Source: Oligoflexia bacterium
GTDB lineage: Bacteria > Bdellovibrionota_G > JALEGL01
DNA: 64,000 nt
Direction of reading: 5' to 3'
Assembly (NCBI GenBank): GCA_035326705.1
Contig: DAOLES010000002.1
Location: forward strand, 58,307 to 122,306
Shown: positions 58,910 to 64,000 of the stretch, piece by piece
How the letters are laid out: the number at the start of each line of letters is the position of its first letter
Numbering within the stretch: position 1 is the first letter of the stretch
Notes under the pieces: generated by a model
The model's input: only the letters and a program-made list of their open reading frames with translations
Database searches by the model: none
Told to the model about the DNA's origin: nothing
Translations under genes and position numbers: made by a program

Positions 58910-59186
58910 TTTTCCCCGGGTGGGATGAATTGGCCAAAAACGACGTTTTTTTAGACATTCTTGTGAGGAACGAACTAGAATGTTTTATGCAAAGCCGTTC
59001 AAGAAGGGGCGGGCCCTGCATAAGCAACTGTAAGACACAAGGTCTAACAGTTGCTAAAGATCCCCCTTAAAAGGAAACTAAAGAGGCTAGATTTTATATC
59101 GTGGCCGACTGGGTGGGATGAATTTGACGGAAACCGCGTTTTCGTCAAAGAAGGGGGGAAGATCCCCCCTTAAAAGGAAACAACAG
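58910..59186 (+). repeat. degenerate direct repeats upstream of hisS sharing motifs with the two-hairpin element
   Basis: GGGTGGGATGAAT at 58918 and 59110; AGATCCCCC(C)TTAAAAGGAAAC at 59058 and 59160; hairpin AAGGGGGG-aagat-CCCCCCTT (59151-59171); AAAAACGACGTTTTT palindrome (58936-58950). Confidence 0.4.
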
Positions 59187-60482
59187 ATGATTCAAAGTTT
59201 AAAAGGCATGCCAGATATATTGCCTGGCGAAGTAGAGCAGTGGCAGCAATTAGAGCGCATTTTGCGTGATATTGCGCATAACTATGGTTACAGTGAAATC
59301 AGAACCCCTGTTTTAGAAAACGCAGATTTATTTATAAAATCTACCGGTGAGCATACGGATATTGTCCAAAAAGAATTTTATCGTTTTGAAGATAAAAACG
59401 GTGACTCCATTAGCTTGCGGCCAGAAGGCACACCGGGAACGGTCAGAGCTTTGATGCAGCACAAACTCTTAGCGCAAAAAAGCCCACAAAAATTGTATTA
59501 TATGGGCCCTATGTTTAGACGGGAAAGACCGCAAAAAGGACGCTTTAGGCAGTTTCATCAAATGGGGGTGGAGTATTTTGGCAGTAGCGCGCCAGGCGCA
59601 GATGCAGAAGTGATTTCCATGCTTTATCAAATCTGTCAAAAACTAAATATTCCTTCGCCTAAAATCATGCTCAATAGCCTTGGTGATGAAACCTGCAGAC
59701 CAAAATACAGAGAAGCTTTACTCAACTATTTACAAAAGCATCAAGCAGGTTTGGATCAGACTTCTCAACAAAGAATGCAAGATAACCCTATGCGAGTATT
59801 TGATTCTAAAGATGAAAAAACCCAAGAAATCATGCAAAATGCCCCGGTGATGTTGGACTATTTGAGTGACACTTGTAAAGCTCACTTTGATCAAGTTCAA
59901 GAACAATTGAGTCAAATGCAGATTCCTTATGAGATTAACAATAAGATAGTCAGAGGTTTGGATTATTACACCCACACTGCCTTTGAAGTGATAGCCCAAG
60001 GTCTGGGTAGTCAAAATGCCGCCGGCGGCGGCGGGCGTTACAATAATTTGATCAAGTCTTTTGCAGGGCAAGATATTCCTGCTGTAGGTTTTGCCATGGG
60101 CATGGAACGTTTACTGATGATCAGTAAAATAGCAGAAGTAGAAAAAGCAAAGCAATGTGTTGTATTGCCTTTAAGTGACAAAGCCCAAGTAAAAGCCAAT
60201 CAATTGGCCTGGTCTTTACGACAATTGGACTGGGCCAAAATCATGAATATCGATGTTGTGTTTGATAAGACCAGTATGAAGTCTGGTTTGAGAGCAGTTG
60301 CAAAATTGGACCCACACTATGTATTGATTCTTGGTGACCAAGAACTAGAGAATAATTCGGTTTTATTTAAAAATTTTATCAGTAAAGAGCAGAAAGAAAT
60401 TGAATATAATAAGTGTATAGATTTTTTAAGTGAACAAGTTTTAAAAGATAAAAATGAGGTAGGCATAGATGCAAAATTATAG
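59187..60482 (+). CDS. hisS: histidine--tRNA ligase
   Basis: Start at MIQSLKGMPDILPGE matches canonical HisS N-termini. Class-II motifs (FRRERPQKGRFRQFHQ, GGGRYNNL). The 23-codon upstream extension in the ORF track lies in repeat DNA and is probably spurious. Confidence 0.95.
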   Translation: MIQSLKGMPDILPGEVEQWQQLERILRDIAHNYGYSEIRTPVLENADLFIKSTGEHTDIVQKEFYRFEDKNGDSISLRPEGTPGTVRALMQHKLLAQKSPQKLYYMGPMFRRERPQKGRFRQFHQMGVEYFGSSAPGADAEVISMLYQICQKLNIPSPKIMLNSLGDETCRPKYREALLNYLQKHQAGLDQTSQQRMQDNPMRVFDSKDEKTQEIMQNAPVMLDYLSDTCKAHFDQVQEQLSQMQIPYEINNKIVRGLDYYTHTAFEVIAQGLGSQNAAGGGGRYNNLIKSFAGQDIPAVGFAMGMERLLMISKIAEVEKAKQCVVLPLSDKAQVKANQLAWSLRQLDWAKIMNIDVVFDKTSMKSGLRAVAKLDPHYVLILGDQELENNSVLFKNFISKEQKEIEYNKCIDFLSEQVLKDKNEVGIDAKL

Positions 60483-62283
60483 AAGCCATACGTGTGGGCA
60501 ATTAAGTGCAAAAGATAAAGATCAAGAGGTTTGTTTAACCGGTTGGGTTAATAGAAGACGTGATCATGGGGGAGTTATTTTTATTGATTTAAGAGACCGT
60601 TATGGAATCACGCAGTTGGTGTTCAATCCTGAGCAAAATGCGCAAGCCCACAGTGTAGCGGATGCTTTACGGCATGAAGATGTGATTGCTGTACAAGGTA
60701 AAGTTTCTTTACGTTTAGAAGGCATGGTGAATAAAAATATGACAACCGGTGAAATTGAAGTTTATGCTCATGAACTTAATATTTTATCCAAAGCTAAAAC
60801 ACCACCATTTCCTATCAATGAAGATAGCGATGTCAGTGAAAGTGTGCGTTTAAAATACCGTTATTTGGATATGCGTAGAGAAGGTTTACAGAAACATTTG
60901 ATTCTTCGTCACAAGTTAAATCATGCATTGAGAAACTTTTTAAATGAAGAAGAGTTTCTTGAAATTGAAACGCCTATTTTAACCAAAGCTACGCCAGAAG
61001 GGGCAAGAGATTATTTGGTGCCTAGTCGTGTGCATCCAGGAAGTTTTTATGCTTTACCGCAATCTCCACAGTTGTTTAAACAGTTGTTGATGGTCTCTGG
61101 CTTTGATCGTTATTATCAGATTGCGCGCTGTTTCAGGGATGAGGATTTGCGTGCGGATAGACAGCCAGAATTTACCCAATTGGATATGGAAATCAGTTTT
61201 GCCCATGAAGATTTAATTTTTAACTTGATAGAAAAAATGATGGCGCATGTGTGGACTAACGTTTTAAATAAAGCTTTACCAGAAGCACAATTTGAACGCA
61301 TGAGCTATGTCCAAGCCATGGAAGAATATGGTTCCGATAAACCAGATTTACGTTGGCGCATGCCACTTAAAAATTTAAATGCGGTATTTGAAAACACGGA
61401 GTTCAATGTTTTTAAATCAGTTGTTGCAAACCAAGGTGAAATAAGAGGCTTAAGAATTCCCGGTGGCAATGCGATTGCTAGAAATCAAGTGGATCAGTTG
61501 GTTAAAATGGCACAAGATCATGGAGCCAAAGGCATGGTTTGGGTCAGACTAAAACCAGAAGGTTTAAGCTCTTCGGTAGAGAAGTTTTTAAGCCCAGAAG
61601 AAATGCAGAGTATGGGCAAAGCCTTAGGACTTAAAGAAGGTGACTTAGGTTTGTTGATTGCGGATAAAGCGGATGTATCGCGCAGAGTTTTAGGCGTCAT
61701 AAAAAAAGAATGTATTGCTCGTTTAGAGATTGCACCAGAAAAAGAGCATGCGTTTGTTTGGATTACAGACTTCCCCATGTTTGAATACGATCAAGAAGCG
61801 GGACGTTATTTTTCTATGCACCACCCATTTACCCATCCCAAATTAGATGAAGGGCAAGAGTTATCGGAAAAGACTTTGGATACACTTAAAGCCAAAGCTT
61901 ATGATTTGGTGCTCAATGGCTATGAAGTGGGCGGGGGTTCTATTCGTATCCATGATAGTAAAATGCAAGCCAAAGTATTTGATGTATTAAATATCAGTGA
62001 AGAAGAAGCAAAGTTAAAATTTGGGTTTTTCTTAGAAGCTTTAAAGTATGGTACGCCACCACATGGAGGCATTGCCTTTGGTTTAGATCGTTTGGCTATG
62101 ATTCTATCTGAAACCAGTGCAATAAGAGATGTAATTGCGTTTCCAAAAACACAAAATGCAAGTGACTTGATGTGTGAAGCACCGGCCATGGTTCCGCAAG
62201 AAAGTTTAGATGAATTGCACATTGTCTCAAAAGGTACGGCCTTACTTTTGAGAAACAATCAAAATAAAAAATCTCAAAAGTAA
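60469..62283 (+). CDS. aspS: aspartate--tRNA ligase
   Basis: 604 aa. OB-fold N-domain, class-II motifs (FRDEDLRADRQPEFTQLD, GGGSIRIH, GLDRL) and GAD insertion domain. Overlaps the hisS stop by 14 nt. Confidence 0.95.
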   Translation: MQNYRSHTCGQLSAKDKDQEVCLTGWVNRRRDHGGVIFIDLRDRYGITQLVFNPEQNAQAHSVADALRHEDVIAVQGKVSLRLEGMVNKNMTTGEIEVYAHELNILSKAKTPPFPINEDSDVSESVRLKYRYLDMRREGLQKHLILRHKLNHALRNFLNEEEFLEIETPILTKATPEGARDYLVPSRVHPGSFYALPQSPQLFKQLLMVSGFDRYYQIARCFRDEDLRADRQPEFTQLDMEISFAHEDLIFNLIEKMMAHVWTNVLNKALPEAQFERMSYVQAMEEYGSDKPDLRWRMPLKNLNAVFENTEFNVFKSVVANQGEIRGLRIPGGNAIARNQVDQLVKMAQDHGAKGMVWVRLKPEGLSSSVEKFLSPEEMQSMGKALGLKEGDLGLLIADKADVSRRVLGVIKKECIARLEIAPEKEHAFVWITDFPMFEYDQEAGRYFSMHHPFTHPKLDEGQELSEKTLDTLKAKAYDLVLNGYEVGGGSIRIHDSKMQAKVFDVLNISEEEAKLKFGFFLEALKYGTPPHGGIAFGLDRLAMILSETSAIRDVIAFPKTQNASDLMCEAPAMVPQESLDELHIVSKGTALLLRNNQNKKSQK

Positions 62284-62300
62284 GGCCGTACCTTTTGAGA
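62225..62300 (+). repeat. 29-bp perfect inverted repeat (18-nt loop) spanning the aspS stop codon
   Basis: TCTCAAAAGGTACGGCCTTACTTTTGAGA (62225-62253) and its exact reverse complement (62272-62300). The last 17 aspS codons are encoded by arm 1 plus the loop; the stop lies in arm 2. Confidence 0.6.
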
Positions 62301-62360
62301 TTTGAACAACACAAAGATCGTCCTGAGAAGCATTTTGCTTTAGAAGAACACTTTTTGCGT

Positions 62361-62927
62361 ATGAATTTCAGTCGTGTTGTGGGAGTGGATGAAGCTGGTA
62401 GAGGTGCCTTGGCGGGGCCTGTGGTTGCTGCGGCAGTTTGTTTTGAAAAAAAACCTGAAGCGCTTTTGTATGATATCAAAGACTCTAAGAAGATTGCGGA
62501 AAGAAAACGAGAAGCCTTATTTGATATGTTGATTGCGTTACCCTACATTGATTATGCAGTTGGCATTGTTGATGCAACTAGTATTGATACCATGAATATT
62601 TTACAAGCCAGCTTGCACGCCATGCAGATTGCAGTGAGCAATTTAAAACAACAAGCAGATTTATGTTTGGTGGATGGCCATATTCCCTTTAAATCAGATA
62701 TTAAACAATACACGTTAACCAAAGGCGACGATCGTTGCATATCCATAGGAGCAGCTTCTATTATTGCTAAGGTTACAAGAGATAGAATGATGCGCCAATA
62801 CCATCAAGATTACCCTATCTATGATTTTATCAAACACAAAGGTTATGCCACAGCTGTGCATAAACAAGCTATTGTTGAACATGGTATGAGTCCACTGCAT
62901 AGAAAAAGCTTTCAATTTAGTCGGTAA
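62361..62927 (+). CDS. rnhB: ribonuclease HII
   Basis: VVGVDEAGRGALAGPVV catalytic motif near the N-terminus. Start chosen at MNFSRVV; the ORF track's 22-codon upstream extension overlaps the aspS inverted repeat. Confidence 0.9.
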   Translation: MNFSRVVGVDEAGRGALAGPVVAAAVCFEKKPEALLYDIKDSKKIAERKREALFDMLIALPYIDYAVGIVDATSIDTMNILQASLHAMQIAVSNLKQQADLCLVDGHIPFKSDIKQYTLTKGDDRCISIGAASIIAKVTRDRMMRQYHQDYPIYDFIKHKGYATAVHKQAIVEHGMSPLHRKSFQFSR

Positions 62928-62942
62928 TTGGCACCTTAAATT

Positions 62943-63320
62943 TTGTTTAAAGTTAACAATAGAAAAACCTTAGGAGATTTGGGAGAAGAGCAAGCGCAAA
63001 AGTTTTTGCAAAAACAAGGGTACAAGCTGCTGTACAAAAACTACCGCTGCCCTTTAGGTGAGATTGACTTAATCATGTCTAAGGCAAAAACCGTTCTCAT
63101 TGTAGAAGTTAAGTCTGGCAGTCATTCAAATATTTCTCCCAAAGTTCATTTTGACTGGCATAAGAAAAAAAAATTGATTCGTTTGGCGCAATTTTTTTTA
63201 ATGCATTATCCAAAGTATTGTGACTACACATTGCAATTTGATTTGGTGGTTTACCAACCGCATTTGCCTTGCAGCATAGAGCATTATCCCTATGCCATTG
63301 ACGATATGGATCAACTGTGA
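62943..63320 (+). CDS. YraN-family (UPF0102) predicted endonuclease
   Basis: 125 aa. G...E..A...L...GY.....Y....GEIDLI ... LIVEVK pattern typical of YraN; conserved position downstream of rnhB. Confidence 0.7.
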   Translation: MFKVNNRKTLGDLGEEQAQKFLQKQGYKLLYKNYRCPLGEIDLIMSKAKTVLIVEVKSGSHSNISPKVHFDWHKKKKLIRLAQFFLMHYPKYCDYTLQFDLVVYQPHLPCSIEHYPYAIDDMDQL

Positions 63321-63836
63321 TTGATGAAAAATATGCATGCAACAAATTATCAAATTCGTAAAGCCAAGCGTGGAGATGAACAAGCTATTCATGATGTTCA
63401 TATGTATTCCATCATGAATGTATGCATTCATGAGCATGGCAAAGAAGAAGTTGCAGGCTGGGGACAAAGACCGTTTGATCAGCAAAAGTGGGCCAATGCC
63501 ATTGATAAGCATTGTGTTTGGGTTGTGGAAGATCAAGTTATGGATGCTATCAAAGGTATGGCCTGTTTGATCTTAAACAAAGAAGAAAGCTATGCGAATC
63601 TAGCAGCATTGTATTTTCATCCAGACATTATTGGTATGGGATTTGGACGAGAAATGATGGAAATCATGACAAAAGTTTGCAAGGAGAGCTTAATTAATAC
63701 GATTAAGATGGATTCATCCTTAACGGCTTTGGGCTTTTACAAAAAAATGGGTTTTAAGGAGATGGGACCTCTTGTAAAAGAAGAGATAGGTGGTTCCATG
63801 GTCAGCGGTATTCCTATGCAACGCGTAATTGAATAA
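63321..63836 (+). CDS. GNAT-family N-acetyltransferase
   Basis: 171 aa. Acetyl-CoA-binding motif-A-like region (..GMGFGREMM...) and overall GNAT topology. Confidence 0.65.
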   Translation: MMKNMHATNYQIRKAKRGDEQAIHDVHMYSIMNVCIHEHGKEEVAGWGQRPFDQQKWANAIDKHCVWVVEDQVMDAIKGMACLILNKEESYANLAALYFHPDIIGMGFGREMMEIMTKVCKESLINTIKMDSSLTALGFYKKMGFKEMGPLVKEEIGGSMVSGIPMQRVIE

Positions 63837-64000
63837 CAGCTCATATCGGGCAGTATTAACTTGTGGATAACTAGAGGTTTTTTCTGTTATTCGGGGCAAA
63901 AAAACGTTATGAGACGTTCATGAAGCCAAGAGTTGCTATTTTTGCTGGGATGTTTAAAGAAAAATCAGATGGTAGTGCCCGCTCCTTGATTCAACTGTCC

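Noticed and set aside
59118-59186. 23-codon N-terminal extension of hisS in the ORF track
   Set aside because: The canonical HisS N-terminal motif (IQ..KGM.D.LPGE) begins at the Met at 59187. The extension lies within repeat/hairpin DNA.
58700-59186. T-box leader upstream of hisS
   Set aside because: No recognisable T-box consensus (AATTAGGGTGGNACCGCG) and the organism appears Gram-negative. The repeats fit the element-family explanation better.
1-64000. CRISPR arrays, tRNA/rRNA genes, integrase/transposase or prophage genes
   Set aside because: No regularly spaced short repeats, no tRNA-like GTTCRANYC arms, and no ORF with recombinase or transposase motifs were seen. The repeats described in the findings are the only repeat structures found.

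Overview
This is a low-GC (roughly one-third GC by eye) chromosomal window from a Gram-negative bacterium, dense with genes on both strands. The lineage cannot be assigned from sequence alone; the gene content (many PilZ/GGDEF-like/FHA/sigma-54 proteins, GldG-like ABC transporter, DUF4340/DUF1844) is reminiscent of Bdellovibrionota/Oligoflexia-like organisms, but that is a guess. Most of it is housekeeping: acyl-CoA carboxyltransferase, ClpB, threonine dehydratase, Leu/Glu dehydrogenase, ArgS, HisS-AspS, RNase HII, LipB, Tmk-HolB-TatD, RlpA, MltD, inositol monophosphatase. The most striking feature is a minus-strand four-gene cluster at 9718-15979. It encodes a cNMP-binding/poly-ferredoxin/membrane protein, a hexahaem cytochrome c, a giant cytochrome c with 27 CxxCH motifs, and an outer-membrane beta-barrel. 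That architecture resembles a porin-cytochrome extracellular electron-transfer conduit. The second notable signal is a family of short (~90 nt) two-hairpin elements. Two copies sit directly after stop codons (gldG-like gene, lipB), each flanked by a 53-61 bp direct duplication of the host gene 3' end. Degenerate relatives lie upstream of hisS, and a separate 29-bp perfect inverted repeat spans the aspS stop codon. Other items: a coupled module of actin-like-fold protein, YD-repeat secreted protein and NYN nuclease; a c-di-GMP-flavoured cluster (FHA/degenerate-GGDEF/sigma-54 activator plus two tandem PilZ proteins); a large Omp85-type outer-membrane protein; an orphan SUKH immunity-like gene. 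No rRNA, tRNA, CRISPR array, integrase or transposase was seen.
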